From the NCBI GenBank assembly GCA_022729755.1, contig DZAZ01000003.1, forward strand, positions 565 to 64,564: a stretch of DNA of 64,000 nt. The letters are read 5' to 3'. This DNA comes from Helicobacter cetorum (GTDB taxonomy: Bacteria > Campylobacterota > Campylobacteria > Campylobacterales > BB28). Of this stretch, positions 8,546-18,526 are shown piece by piece. The notes under the pieces are model-generated. The model was not told where the DNA came from. It was given only the letters and a program-made list of their open reading frames with translations, and ran no database searches. A program made the translations under genes and the position numbers. Numbering within the stretch: the stretch's first letter is position 1; each line of letters opens with the position of its first letter.

Positions 8546-10939
8546 TTATGATAAATTTAAGTTTCTTTTTACAACATTTGCTAAATATTCAGGTGAATAT
8601 GGTTTTGTGATATATTCAGTCATTCCAACTTCAACACCTCGCATTCTATCGGCTTTACTTGTTCTACTTGTAACTGCAATTAATGGAATATTTTTGAATT
8701 TATTATATTTTCTAATTTCACTTGCCAAAGTATAACCATCCATTCGAGGCATTTCTATATCAATTAACATTAAATCAATATCAGCTGAATCATCTTTCAT
8801 AATATTTAATGCATCAACCCCATTTGATGCCTCTTGCATACTAACTCCAACTGGTTCAAGCGATTTTCTCATAATTGTTCTATCAGTTTTTGAGTCATCA
8901 ACCATTAAAACTTTATAATCTTTTGCTGAACTTTTTGTTTTTTTAGAACTTTTAACAGCCATTTTTTCAACTAAATTTACTTTCACATTTTTAGCTAAAT
9001 CCATTAAAGCAGCAATATCAACAATTAAAGTAACTTTTCCATCACCTCTAATTGTAGCCCCTGCAATTCCTGCAATTCCTTTTAAATAATCACCCAGTGA
9101 TTTAATAACTATCTCTTCTTGACCAACTAAAGTATCAACTATAACTCCAAGTTTTTTCTCTGCAAGTCCTATTACAACAACATAAACGTGTTCACTATTA
9201 TCAAAAACTTCTTTCACTCCAAAAATATCAGCAAGTTTCACAAGTGGCAACACTTCATTTCTAAGTCTAAGTACACTTCTACCCTCAACTGTAGAAATAT
9301 CATCAAAATTAATTCTAACAGTTTCTAAAACTGAAGCAATTGGAATTGCATAATACTCTTCTTGAGCTCCAACAAGTAGAGCTTGAATGATTGCTAGTGT
9401 TAGAGGAATTTTAAGCTTCATTACTGAACCTTTTCCTATTTCACTATCAACATCAATAATACCATTTAATTTTTCAATATTTGTCTTAACAACATCCATT
9501 CCAACACCACGACCAGAAACATTCGTAACTTGTGCTGCTGTTGATAACCCTGCTTTAAAAATAAGAGAAAATGCTTCTTTATCACTCATAGAATCAGCTT
9601 CTCTCTCATTTATCATACCACTTTCCAGTGCTTTTTGCTTAATTTTTTCTGGGTCAATTCCTTTTCCATCGTCATTAATTTCAATAACAATGTGATTTCC
9701 CTCATTGTAAGCTTTAAGCTCAACCGTACCCACTTCATTTTTTCCAGCTGCAGTTCTAACATTTGGTTGTTCTATTCCGTGGTCGCACGAATTTCTAATA
9801 ATGTGTACAAGTGGGTCACCAATCTCTTCAACGATTGATTTATCAAGCTCTGTCTCTTCCCCACTTACTATAAGTTCGATTTTTTTATCAAGGTCTCTTG
9901 CTAAATCTCTTACCATTCTTGGGAATTTATTAAACACTTTTCCAATAGGAAGCATTCTTGTTTTCATAACTGCGATTTGAAGGTCAGTTGTCACAAGTGA
10001 AATAGAAGAAACAACTTGATTTAACTCTTCTAAAAATTGCTCACCCTCGTATCGCTCTTCAACATCGTTATAAATTTTTAAAAGCCTATTTTTACCTAAA
10101 ACAAGCTCACCAATTAAATTCATTAAATTATCAAGTCTTTTTACATCAACCCTAATAGTTTGCTCAACGGCTGAAACAGAAGAAGCTTTTGCAGCGGCAG
10201 CTTTTGCATCATCAACTTTTTCAGCTCTTGCTACTGGTTTTGGTGGTGGCGGAGGTGCTTTTTGTACTTCAACTTCTTGTTTTACAACTGGTGCAGGAGC
10301 ACTCTCTTTAACTGGCTCTGGAGTTGACTCTTCAGCTGAAGATGTACCTTTTTTTGTTTCTCTTCGCCTTTTATCCTCTTCTTGTCGTACTCTTAAAAGC
10401 CGTTCTATCTCATTTTCTATCTCTTCAGGTGACATATTTGAATAATCGAGCTCTTCACCAATTTCTAACGAAACTTCAGGAGCTTTTGTTTCCACTTCTT
10501 CTACTTTTGTTGGCTCTTGTGTAGCCCCTTGTCTTGGAGGTGGAACATTACCACTTGAGATTGCATCAAGTCTTGGGATAACATGATTAATATCAATTCC
10601 ACTGTTTTTATCGCTTCCGGTATCTCTAATTCTCTCAAGCAACGATTTCATCATATCGATTGACTCTAAAACTACATCCATAATTTCAGGTCTTATTTTT
10701 AAATCACCGTGTCTTGCTTTATTTAAAACATCTTCCATATGATGAGTAAGTTTTGTTAAAACATCAAAATTTAAAAACGAACTTGAACCCTTGATAGTAT
10801 GAGCCACCCTAAATATTCTATTTAACAAATCAAGGTCATCAGGATTACTCTCAAGCTCAACCAAATCTTGGTCAAGCTGTTCTATCATTTCAAATGCTTC
10901 GACGAGAAAATCTTCTAATATATCTTGAATATCTTCCAT
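8546..10939 (-). CDS. cheA: Chemotaxis histidine kinase CheA with C-terminal CheY-like receiver (CheAY fusion)
   Basis: HPt His in RVAHTIKGSSSF. Pro/Ala-rich linker. HATPase N-box IRNSCDHGIE, G1 NDDGKGID, G2 SGRGVGMDVV. P5 CheW-like region. C-terminal receiver VLMVDDS...MLIDIEMPRMDG...AVTSR...ITKP, the fusion typical of Campylobacter/Helicobacter. Confidence 0.95.
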   Translation of the reverse strand: MEDIQDILEDFLVEAFEMIEQLDQDLVELESNPDDLDLLNRIFRVAHTIKGSSSFLNFDVLTKLTHHMEDVLNKARHGDLKIRPEIMDVVLESIDMMKSLLERIRDTGSDKNSGIDINHVIPRLDAISSGNVPPPRQGATQEPTKVEEVETKAPEVSLEIGEELDYSNMSPEEIENEIERLLRVRQEEDKRRRETKKGTSSAEESTPEPVKESAPAPVVKQEVEVQKAPPPPPKPVARAEKVDDAKAAAAKASSVSAVEQTIRVDVKRLDNLMNLIGELVLGKNRLLKIYNDVEERYEGEQFLEELNQVVSSISLVTTDLQIAVMKTRMLPIGKVFNKFPRMVRDLARDLDKKIELIVSGEETELDKSIVEEIGDPLVHIIRNSCDHGIEQPNVRTAAGKNEVGTVELKAYNEGNHIVIEINDDGKGIDPEKIKQKALESGMINEREADSMSDKEAFSLIFKAGLSTAAQVTNVSGRGVGMDVVKTNIEKLNGIIDVDSEIGKGSVMKLKIPLTLAIIQALLVGAQEEYYAIPIASVLETVRINFDDISTVEGRSVLRLRNEVLPLVKLADIFGVKEVFDNSEHVYVVVIGLAEKKLGVIVDTLVGQEEIVIKSLGDYLKGIAGIAGATIRGDGKVTLIVDIAALMDLAKNVKVNLVEKMAVKSSKKTKSSAKDYKVLMVDDSKTDRTIMRKSLEPVGVSMQEASNGVDALNIMKDDSADIDLMLIDIEMPRMDGYTLASEIRKYNKFKNIPLIAVTSRTSKADRMRGVEVGMTEYITKPYSPEYLANVVKRNLNLS

Positions 10940-10966
10940 ATCAATTTCCTTATATATAATTAAAAC

Positions 10967-11911
10967 TTATTTTTTTAATAAATTAGAAACTTCTTCATAA
11001 AACTTTGTTGCATCAAATTTAACCAAATATGCATCTCCACCCGCTTCAATTCCTCTTGAAGTACTAAATTGGTCACTTATTGAAGAATTAAAAATTACAG
11101 GAATTCCCGCATACCTCGAGTCATCTTTTACATTTTTTGTAAAATGAAAACCGTCCATCTTTGGCATTTCAACATCACTTACTATAATCTTTAAATGTTT
11201 ATTTAAATCTTTTCCATAAGTTTTATAGAGGTCTTCAAGTTTATTTAATCCCTCTTCCCCATCTTTTGCTTCAACAACTTTTAATCCCGTCCTCTCAAGT
11301 GCATCTTTTACAAGTTTTCTAGCAATCATCGAATCATCAAGTGCTAATGCCAAACCATCAAATTTTTCAATCTTTTTTCCATCTTCTAAATTCACTTCAG
11401 ATTGATAAAATCCAAGTTCTTGCACAACACTCTCAAGGTCTAAAATTAATAAAACTTCATTGTTTTCAATTCTAGTAACACCTGTTATTTTAGATTTATC
11501 TAAAAGCCCTCCACCACTGCTAAATGATGCTGGTTCGATGCTATTCCAATTAATTCTTCTAATTCTCTTAGCTTCGTGAACTATAAAACCAACTAGTACA
11601 TTATTGAATTCAGCAATAATAATTCTAGGTTTTATTTTAACTCTCTCTGGAACCGTTACACCCATCCATTTTGCTAAATCAATAACAGGAATTACAACTC
11701 CTCTTAAATCAAAAATTCCCTCTACAAAGTCGGGAACACCTGGAAGTTCAGTTAATTTTGGTAAAGATATGATTTCTCTCACTTTTGAGACATTTACACC
11801 ATAAATCCCCTCATAAACCTTACCTCTTTCTTCTTTGAATATCCTAAAATCCACCAACTCAAGCTCATTTGAACCCACTTTTAATATACTATCTTTTTTA
11901 AGAGACATCAA
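10967..11911 (-). CDS. cheV: Chemotaxis protein CheV (CheW-like domain + receiver)
   Basis: N-terminal CheW-like domain (ELVDFRIF...GVNVSKVREII...LPGVPDFVEGIFDLRGVVIPVIDL). C-terminal receiver (ALALDDSMIARKL...IIVSDVEMPKMDG...FNSS...LVKF). Confidence 0.9.
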   Translation of the reverse strand: MMSLKKDSILKVGSNELELVDFRIFKEERGKVYEGIYGVNVSKVREIISLPKLTELPGVPDFVEGIFDLRGVVIPVIDLAKWMGVTVPERVKIKPRIIIAEFNNVLVGFIVHEAKRIRRINWNSIEPASFSSGGGLLDKSKITGVTRIENNEVLLILDLESVVQELGFYQSEVNLEDGKKIEKFDGLALALDDSMIARKLVKDALERTGLKVVEAKDGEEGLNKLEDLYKTYGKDLNKHLKIIVSDVEMPKMDGFHFTKNVKDDSRYAGIPVIFNSSISDQFSTSRGIEAGGDAYLVKFDATKFYEEVSNLLKK

Positions 11912-12647
11912 AGCTCCTTAGATTTGCTTTAAAAAATGAAAAACTCTCTAATGTTGATTTTATAATAAAAAAACTTTTTTCACAAGCAAAAGAGGGCATG
12001 TTTATATAAACTAAGTTTTTATATTTAAACTCTATTCCTTGATGAAAATGAGCTTCTACCAAAAAATCAATATTAGACAAATTCTCAAAACTACTTAATC
12101 GCTTAAAAATAAATTGTTCAAAATTAAAAAACTTTTTACAAATCGACTTTTTTTCAAGCCAATTAAAAATATTTTTTGAAATTTTATCTTTCAAAAGTTT
12201 ACCATTCACAAAATTTAATACAACTAAAATATATCTGTTTCTTATTATTTTTGAGAAAACTTTATAATTAAAACCTATATTTATATCTCCGTGAGAAAAT
12301 ATAAGCTTAAATTTTTTAAATTTAAAAAGTGTAGGTTGATTTTTTAGAGAAATAATTTTAATATTCTTAAAGATTTCTTTCAAATTAAAATCGTGATTTC
12401 CCTCAAAATAAATAATTTCCATCTCATATGAAAGTTTATTTAATTTTTCAATGATGTTTTTATTTATCTTTAAAGTGTAATCAATTTGACCAACTAATAA
12501 ATCAAAAATATCACCTAAAAGTAAAAGTTGGGGAGGTTTTTTAATTTCGATTAAATTTAAAAACTCTTCAAACTCCTTTCTATTTTGATTAAAGTGAATA
12601 TCGCTGATTAAAATTGCACCCTCTTTTAGTTCTAAATTATGGTACAT
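11898..12647 (-). CDS. Calcineurin-like metallophosphoesterase, LpxH-like (possible UDP-2,3-diacylglucosamine hydrolase)
   Basis: Metallophosphoesterase motif series ISDIHF, LLLGDIFDLL, FEGNHDF, FSHGD, AHFHQ. The specific LpxH assignment is inferred only from motif spacing. Confidence 0.5.
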   Translation of the reverse strand: MYHNLELKEGAILISDIHFNQNRKEFEEFLNLIEIKKPPQLLLLGDIFDLLVGQIDYTLKINKNIIEKLNKLSYEMEIIYFEGNHDFNLKEIFKNIKIISLKNQPTLFKFKKFKLIFSHGDINIGFNYKVFSKIIRNRYILVVLNFVNGKLLKDKISKNIFNWLEKKSICKKFFNFEQFIFKRLSSFENLSNIDFLVEAHFHQGIEFKYKNLVYINMPSFACEKSFFIIKSTLESFSFFKANLRSFDVS

Positions 12648-13644
12648 AAGAGATTATTGGAATTCCTAAATTTTCTTCATAGCCACAAACTATATTTGCA
12701 TTTACAACAGCTTGAGATGAAGCTCCCCTTAATAAATTATCAATTGAAGCATTTATAAAAAGTGCTTTTTTATTGACTTTTGCAAAAATATCACAAAAAT
12801 TTGTTCCTGCAGTTGATTTTAAGTCTACGGGAGAATTTTTAATTCTTATGAATTTTTCATTTTTATAAGTTTCTTTTAAAATCTCTATTGGATTAATCTC
12901 TTCTTTTAAATTAACATAAGAGTTAACTAACATTCCCCTTGTAACTGGAATTAATTGAGGAATAAAATTTATATCAAACTCAATACCTTTTAAAAATTGA
13001 AGTTTTTCTTTGATTTCAGGTGAATGACGATGTGCAAAAGGATTGTAAGCAAACATATTATCATTTATGCTCACAAAATGGGTATTATCCAGACATTTTT
13101 TACCAGCTCCACTTACTCCACTTTTTGCATCTATAAAAATTGAACTTTTTTCATCAATATATTTAGCAAACGGCAAAAGTGATAAGAGAGTTGCAGTTGG
13201 ATAACAACCTGGATTTGCAATTAAATTTGATTTTTTTATCTCATCTCTAAAATATTCTGGAAGCCCATAAACAGCACTTTTTAAATTCTCTTTATCTATA
13301 TGAGGACAATAAAACTCTTCATAAGTTTCTAACTTTAATCTATAATCAGCCGAAAGGTCAATAACTTTAACACCTAAATTGATTAACTCTTTTGCAAATC
13401 CCATAGAAGCTTTATGTGGAAGTGCTAAAAAAGCTAATTTTGCATTTTGTGCCACATCTTTTGCACTTGCCTTCTTTACTTCAATTTCAAAAACCCCATC
13501 TAAACAAGGATGAAGTTCACTAAGCTTTATTTCACCCTCACTATTTGCAACATAAGTAATATTAAATTTTGGATGATTTAAAATTATCTTAATAAGCTCA
13601 AGTCCCGTGTATCCACTAGCTCCAATAATTGCCACATTAACCAT
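12637..13644 (-). CDS. argC: N-acetyl-gamma-glutamyl-phosphate reductase
   Basis: VAIIGASGYTGLELIKIILNHP NAD-binding N-terminus. Catalytic Cys context ANPGCYPTA. 335 aa. Confidence 0.9.
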   Translation of the reverse strand: MVNVAIIGASGYTGLELIKIILNHPKFNITYVANSEGEIKLSELHPCLDGVFEIEVKKASAKDVAQNAKLAFLALPHKASMGFAKELINLGVKVIDLSADYRLKLETYEEFYCPHIDKENLKSAVYGLPEYFRDEIKKSNLIANPGCYPTATLLSLLPFAKYIDEKSSIFIDAKSGVSGAGKKCLDNTHFVSINDNMFAYNPFAHRHSPEIKEKLQFLKGIEFDINFIPQLIPVTRGMLVNSYVNLKEEINPIEILKETYKNEKFIRIKNSPVDLKSTAGTNFCDIFAKVNKKALFINASIDNLLRGASSQAVVNANIVCGYEENLGIPIISYVP

Positions 13645-13757
13645 TATTTTCCCCTCTCTTTAACTTCACAAACTCCATCTTCACAAATGACTTGTGTACC
13701 TAAATTTGTACAGCCAATTAATAAAAAAGCTAAAAGTATAAATTCCAAAATTCTCAC
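13644..13757 (-). CDS. Small (37-codon) putative lipoprotein ORF, below the ORF-track length cutoff
   Basis: GTG at 13755-13757 follows the dut stop directly (TGAGTG) and sits 5 nt after an AGGAG. Translation (M)RILEFILLAFLLIGCTNLGTQVICEDGVCEVKERGK has a charged n-region, hydrophobic core and lipobox LIGC. Its TAA overlaps the argC ATG (TAATG at 13642-13646). It fills the whole dut-argC gap. Confidence 0.5.
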   Translation of the reverse strand: MRILEFILLAFLLIGCTNLGTQVICEDGVCEVKERGK

Positions 13758-14201
13758 TCAAACTCCTGTACTTCCAAATCCACCAACACCTCTATTTGTC
13801 GTGCTAAGCTCATCAACCTCATCAAATTCAGCCTTGATAATAGGAATAATACTAGCTTGTGCAACTCTATCATTTGCATTAAATTCAGGAGGCATTTTAT
13901 CGTGAATTGCTATTAATTTTATCTTTACTTCACCTCTGTAATCGCTATCTATTAAACCAGTGCCATTTGCTAAATGCACATTATATTTAAATCCACTTCC
14001 ACTTCTTGGAAATATAAACATTCCATAATTCAGTGGAATTTCAAAAGCAAGTCCAGTTTCGATAATTGTTTCATATAAATTTGGTTCTATAAATTTCCAT
14101 TTAACTTCATCCATCGTATGTAAATCAAATGCAATAGCACCATCAGTTGCATATTTTGGAATTATTGCATTAATATTTAATTTTTTTATTTTAATTCTCA
14201 A
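13758..14201 (-). CDS. dut: dUTP diphosphatase
   Basis: [10 protein letters not shown] and C-terminal [10 protein letters not shown] motifs. 147 aa. Confidence 0.9.
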   Translation of the reverse strand: MRIKIKKLNINAIIPKYATDGAIAFDLHTMDEVKWKFIEPNLYETIIETGLAFEIPLNYGMFIFPRSGSGFKYNVHLANGTGLIDSDYRGEVKIKLIAIHDKMPPEFNANDRVAQASIIPIIKAEFDEVDELSTTNRGVGGFGSTGV

Positions 14202-14682
14202 AATTTATCTCCTTATAATATACTTTCAATATTTCAAAATCTATTATCCCTTTTGGTAAATTTACACTAAATTCATCGCCTTCAGCTTTTGTCAAAAGTG
14301 CTTTTGCAAGTGGCGAATTATAAGAGATTAAGTGCTTATCAGGATTACTTTCAGCCATTCCTACAATTGTATAAGTAAACTCTTCTTCAGTATCTGTATC
14401 CATAAGTTTTACGGTTGAACCAAAACTCACCTTTTTATGTGGAAGAGTTGAGGGGTCGATTATTTGAATTCTACTTACAAGGTCGCTAAGTTCAGCAATT
14501 TTAGCTTCAATAAAAGCTTGTTTCTCTTTTGCTGCGTGATATTCAGCATTCTCTTTCAAATCTCCATGACTTCTCGCTACATCTATTTCAATCGCTATTT
14601 CAGGTCTTACAACCTCTTTTAAATGCTTTAACTCTTTTGTAATTTTTTCATATCCATATTTTGTCATTGGTTCATTTTGCAC
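14191..14682 (-). CDS. greA: Transcription elongation factor GreA
   Basis: [16 protein letters not shown] coiled-coil finger motif. 163 aa with a C-terminal globular domain. Confidence 0.9.
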   Translation of the reverse strand: MQNEPMTKYGYEKITKELKHLKEVVRPEIAIEIDVARSHGDLKENAEYHAAKEKQAFIEAKIAELSDLVSRIQIIDPSTLPHKKVSFGSTVKLMDTDTEEEFTYTIVGMAESNPDKHLISYNSPLAKALLTKAEGDEFSVNLPKGIIDFEILKVYYKEINFEN

Positions 14683-14701
14683 AAAAAACTCCTTTTTTAA
14701 A

Positions 14702-15895
14702 TTAATTTAAACTTATAACAGTAAGTGGGTCAATATGATAATCTCTTTTTGTAACTTCAAATAATAAATCATCATACACTCTACCTATCACATAGCCTTG
14801 TTGTAATTTTTTACCAACTTGAATAGTTGGTGCCGTTTGCGATAAATAGCCATAAACACTATGAATACCATTATTATGTTTTATAATAACAACAGTTTTA
14901 AGCATTGGAGTATCTCCAACAAATACAACTTCTCCATCTAAAATAGATTTAACTCTTGCATTTTGATATTTTGATTGAAAAGTTACCGATTCATTAAAAA
15001 TTTTAATTTTATAAATTGGGTCAAAAAATGTACCAAACTTTTTTGTTATTAAAAAATCATCCAATGGTGCCATACCCTTTTCGCCACTATAACTTGTAGT
15101 TTTAGTTTTAAGATATGATGTCCCAATTTGTCTTACATCTAAATCTACACTCTCTTTAAAACTTTTTTTACTAACTTCAACTCTTGAACTACTTTCAGAT
15201 TGTTGATATGCTAAACTCTCCAACACAGTTCTAATATTTTCTTGTTGTGCTAAAATATCTGATAATTTCTTTTTATAACTTATCTCTTCTTCGCTTAATC
15301 TTAAAAGTAAATCTGCTTTTTTATTCTTTAAACTAACTTGTCGCAATCTGTTATCATCAAGTTCATCAATATAAGATTTTATCTTAAGTGCTACATCTCT
15401 TTTTGTTTCGAGTTCACTTTGAGTTTCACTAAGTTCTTTTTTTAACTCTTTAATACTTTCTCTTGTGATTTTTCCAACAGCATAAAAAACTTCTTCTTTA
15501 ATTAAATCTGTAATATTAGCGGGAGAACTAGTATTTATAACAACAGAAATAGATAAATCTTTTGCAATTAAAAGTATAATATTTTTCTCTATCTCTTGTT
15601 TATTTTCAACTAATTCAACTTCTCTTTTTTGCAAATGTGTCAATTCTTCTTTTTGCAAATCGTAATTTTTTTTATTCTTTTCTAAAATTTCATCAATTTC
15701 TTTTATTTTTTTATCAAATTCTGCCAATTCTCGATTTATACTCAAAATATCTTTTGCAATCTCTTCTATTTTTTTAGAAACATCTTTTTTCTCTTTTGAT
15801 TTTTGACTTAACTCTTTTTTTTTGGTTTCGATGTCTAATTCACTATCTGCAAAAATAAAAGAGATAAAAATAAAAAGATTAAAAATTAACTTCAT
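14702..15895 (-). CDS. Coiled-coil M23/LytM-domain protein (EnvC-like murein hydrolase activator)
   Basis: Signal peptide, about 230 aa of E/K-rich coiled coil, and a C-terminal LytM-like region ([17 protein letters not shown]...GYVIGRV). Lies directly downstream of ftsE/ftsX-like genes. Confidence 0.7.
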   Translation of the reverse strand: MKLIFNLFIFISFIFADSELDIETKKKELSQKSKEKKDVSKKIEEIAKDILSINRELAEFDKKIKEIDEILEKNKKNYDLQKEELTHLQKREVELVENKQEIEKNIILLIAKDLSISVVINTSSPANITDLIKEEVFYAVGKITRESIKELKKELSETQSELETKRDVALKIKSYIDELDDNRLRQVSLKNKKADLLLRLSEEEISYKKKLSDILAQQENIRTVLESLAYQQSESSSRVEVSKKSFKESVDLDVRQIGTSYLKTKTTSYSGEKGMAPLDDFLITKKFGTFFDPIYKIKIFNESVTFQSKYQNARVKSILDGEVVFVGDTPMLKTVVIIKHNNGIHSVYGYLSQTAPTIQVGKKLQQGYVIGRVYDDLLFEVTKRDYHIDPLTVISLN

Positions 15896-16703
15896 TATTA
15901 TCTCTATGTTTTATTATTACCAAAAATACTGAAATTAGAGAAAGTCCAATACCAAGCACAATAAGAACTAAAAAGTCACTATAAGCATCAAAATTTAAAC
16001 TTTGAATATCAATTTCATATAAAAATTGTTGCAAGATTCCATCTTTTATAATCCAAGAAAAAATCCAAGCAACTAATAGTGCTGAAAAAATTGAGTCAAT
16101 AATTGCTAATCTAAATAAAACTGCACTTCTCATCCAAAGTGGTGCTCCAAAAAGCTCCATTACACTCATTCTCTCTAAATGCTCAAATGTCCAAACTTCC
16201 ACCTGTTTTATAATAAGTAAAACACTAATTATAAAAATAACAATTCCGAAAAATTTAGCAACTGAATTTAATATTAAAAGTAATCGATAAATTTGATTAT
16301 GAGTTTTCACAAAAGTTTCAACTCTTTTAATAGATGGAATTTCATAAAGTTTCGTCTCTATCTCTTTAATTCTTGAATCAGATGGAAAAGACTCAAGATT
16401 TAATTTATAAAAACTTGGCAATGTTACTTTTAACAGTGCATAATTTGCTGAAGAGAATTGATTTTCAAATTTACTCAAAACACTATCAGGTGTAACTTCT
16501 TCTAAAGATTTAAAATTTTTAACTTTTTCTGAAATATCGGCTTCAGTTAATTTCGAAATTGAAACTATGATAATTGAATACTCATTACCTAATTTCTTTT
16601 CATATCCCATAACCAACCTATCAATAACCACATAGAATTGGTATGCCGAAAGTAGTGCAATAAGTGGTATTATAATTGATAAGTGATTTTTAAGTGATTT
16701 CAT
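15879..16703 (-). CDS. ftsX: FtsX-like cell-division permease
   Basis: TM1, a large extracytoplasmic loop, then three C-terminal TMs. ERMSVMELFGAPLWMRSAVLF matches the FtsX signature region. Overlaps the ftsE stop. Confidence 0.7.
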   Translation of the reverse strand: MKSLKNHLSIIIPLIALLSAYQFYVVIDRLVMGYEKKLGNEYSIIIVSISKLTEADISEKVKNFKSLEEVTPDSVLSKFENQFSSANYALLKVTLPSFYKLNLESFPSDSRIKEIETKLYEIPSIKRVETFVKTHNQIYRLLLILNSVAKFFGIVIFIISVLLIIKQVEVWTFEHLERMSVMELFGAPLWMRSAVLFRLAIIDSIFSALLVAWIFSWIIKDGILQQFLYEIDIQSLNFDAYSDFLVLIVLGIGLSLISVFLVIIKHRDNNEVNF

Positions 16704-17382
16704 AAATTAATCCATCCTCTATATTAAGATGTTTATGAGGTATGCCTAAAGCTGTTGGAACTCTGTGAGTTACGACAACAACACTCATTCCAAGTTGTTC
16801 ATTTGCACTTCTAAGTAAATTCCAAATAACTTCACTCGAATAATCATCTAAGTTTCCAGTTGGCTCATCGGCTAAAATTAACATTGGATTATGAGCTAAA
16901 GCCCTTGCCATAGCAATTCTTTGTTGTTCTCCTCCACTTAATTCTAATGGAAATTTTGTAGCTTTGTGTGAAAGTTTAACGTGAGCTAATAATCTTTCAG
17001 TTTGAGAAGCACAAACTTCATTAGAATAACCATTAATTATAAGAGGCAAAATTATATTTTTTTCTACATTCCACTCTTTGATTAATTTATAATCTTGAAA
17101 AACTATTCCTATATTTCTTCTTAAGAGATTGAGTTGTGATTTTCTCATTGTTTTTTTTAACTCAATCCCACAAACATTAAGTTCACCACTTTTCACAAAA
17201 AGCCCACCATACAAAGAGCGAAGAAGTGTTGTTTTTCCACTTCCTGAAGCACCCGTAATAAACACAAAATCCTTTGTTTTTATCGTAAAATTACTATCTC
17301 TAATAATTGGTTCACTATTTTTATATGATAAAACGATATGTTTTGCAGTTATTATATTTTCAGTTTTTATTAAGTTATCCAT
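16690..17382 (-). CDS. ftsE: FtsE-like ABC ATPase
   Basis: Walker A GASGSGKTTLL, signature LSGGEQQR, Walker B LILADEPTGNLD. Confidence 0.8.
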   Translation of the reverse strand: MDNLIKTENIITAKHIVLSYKNSEPIIRDSNFTIKTKDFVFITGASGSGKTTLLRSLYGGLFVKSGELNVCGIELKKTMRKSQLNLLRRNIGIVFQDYKLIKEWNVEKNIILPLIINGYSNEVCASQTERLLAHVKLSHKATKFPLELSGGEQQRIAMARALAHNPMLILADEPTGNLDDYSSEVIWNLLRSANEQLGMSVVVVTHRVPTALGIPHKHLNIEDGLIYEIT

Positions 17383-18526
17383 TCAACCACTCTTTTATTT
17401 TTTGATGTGATTTTAAATTTGCATTTGAAGGAATTGGAACTCCTTGAAAATATCTAACTCTATTATTTTCAATTAAAATATATTTTCGTTCAGGTTTATC
17501 AAAAGCTCCAAAACTAAGGCGAATTAAACCACTATTTTCATCAATTTTATAAATATTTTCAAAATGAAGTAAAAAATCTTCAAATTTAAAAACTTTTTTT
17601 TCAAAATTATTATATAAATTTAAAAAATTCACTTCTTTATCAAATTCAAAATTAGCATTTAAAACTTTTTTTAGCGAATTTTCAATATTTTCTAAGTGCA
17701 AATCATAAATATCTTTTTGTTGTTTTTTCCATCTATCCTCATATTTACTTGAAATTTCTAAATCTATATTTTTTTTAACTTGAAAATCAACTCTATTTAA
17801 CTCCAAAAAAAGTTTCAACGAATAATTAAAATACTCTTCGCTATCACTTCTAAGCTCAAGCTTTCCACCAACTTTTAAAACTCTAATAGCTTCATCTATA
17901 AAAAGTTTTGAAAAAACTCGACGATGAGGCTTTTTATCCCAAGGAACTGGAAAATGCACAAAAATTTTACTAATAGAGTTTGACTTAACCAACTCCAAAA
18001 AAACTCTTGCATCATAATCTATTAAATAGATATTATCTATATTTTGCAACTCCATTTGTTTTAGTACTTTATCAATCGAAGGCTTATAAATTTCAATTCC
18101 AATAAATAAAATATTTGGATTTTTCTTCGCTTGATAGAGTAAATGCCGACCACTTCCAAAACCTACCTCTATGCAAACCTCTTGATTTGGATTAAACTCA
18201 TTTGCAAAAAATTTTATCTCTTTTACAAAGCTATCTCTTTTTTTTGTCGTAATAGATTTTGCTTGTGTATTAATATTTATAGCTTTCGCTTTTGAAAGCT
18301 CCATAAATTCAACTAAAGAACCCTTAATTAACTCTAAATCTGCTACTCTTGTGACTTTATCATATTTTATTAAAATATTTTCGTTTTTTTCTCTTTTTGA
18401 AAGTAAAAATTCAACCCCATCTTTTCGCACTCCGATTAAACTTAAATCCTTACCTTCAGCTATAAAAGTAAAAGAAGAGTTTTTTAAATCAAAGTTACTT
18501 AAATCTTTTATTAAAATATGAGGCAT
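17375..18526 (-). CDS. trmB: tRNA (guanine-N7)-methyltransferase, long epsilonproteobacterial form
   Basis: SAM-binding IEVGFGSGRHLL and the FPVPWDKKPHRRV TrmB signature. Has N- and C-terminal extensions. Synteny with ftsE and the FN3 lipoprotein. Confidence 0.7.
   Translation of the reverse strand: MPHILIKDLSNFDLKNSSFTFIAEGKDLSLIGVRKDGVEFLLSKREKNENILIKYDKVTRVADLELIKGSLVEFMELSKAKAININTQAKSITTKKRDSFVKEIKFFANEFNPNQEVCIEVGFGSGRHLLYQAKKNPNILFIGIEIYKPSIDKVLKQMELQNIDNIYLIDYDARVFLELVKSNSISKIFVHFPVPWDKKPHRRVFSKLFIDEAIRVLKVGGKLELRSDSEEYFNYSLKLFLELNRVDFQVKKNIDLEISSKYEDRWKKQQKDIYDLHLENIENSLKKVLNANFEFDKEVNFLNLYNNFEKKVFKFEDFLLHFENIYKIDENSGLIRLSFGAFDKPERKYILIENNRVRYFQGVPIPSNANLKSHQKIKEWLNG

Noticed and set aside
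10190-10360. Pro/Ala/Glu-rich segment in CheA (…APAPVVKQEVEVQKAPPPPPKPVARAEKVDDAKAAAAKA…) that looks like an insertion or repeat.
   Set aside because: It is located exactly where CheA proteins carry flexible inter-domain linkers. It is low-complexity, not a nucleotide-level tandem repeat.
11898-13644. Mixed-function operon argC / metallophosphoesterase / cheV-cheA-cheW with overlapping stops and starts, considered as a possible functional link.
   Set aside because: Overlapping, functionally unrelated genes are typical of compact epsilonproteobacterial genomes, and there is no sequence evidence for a functional connection.
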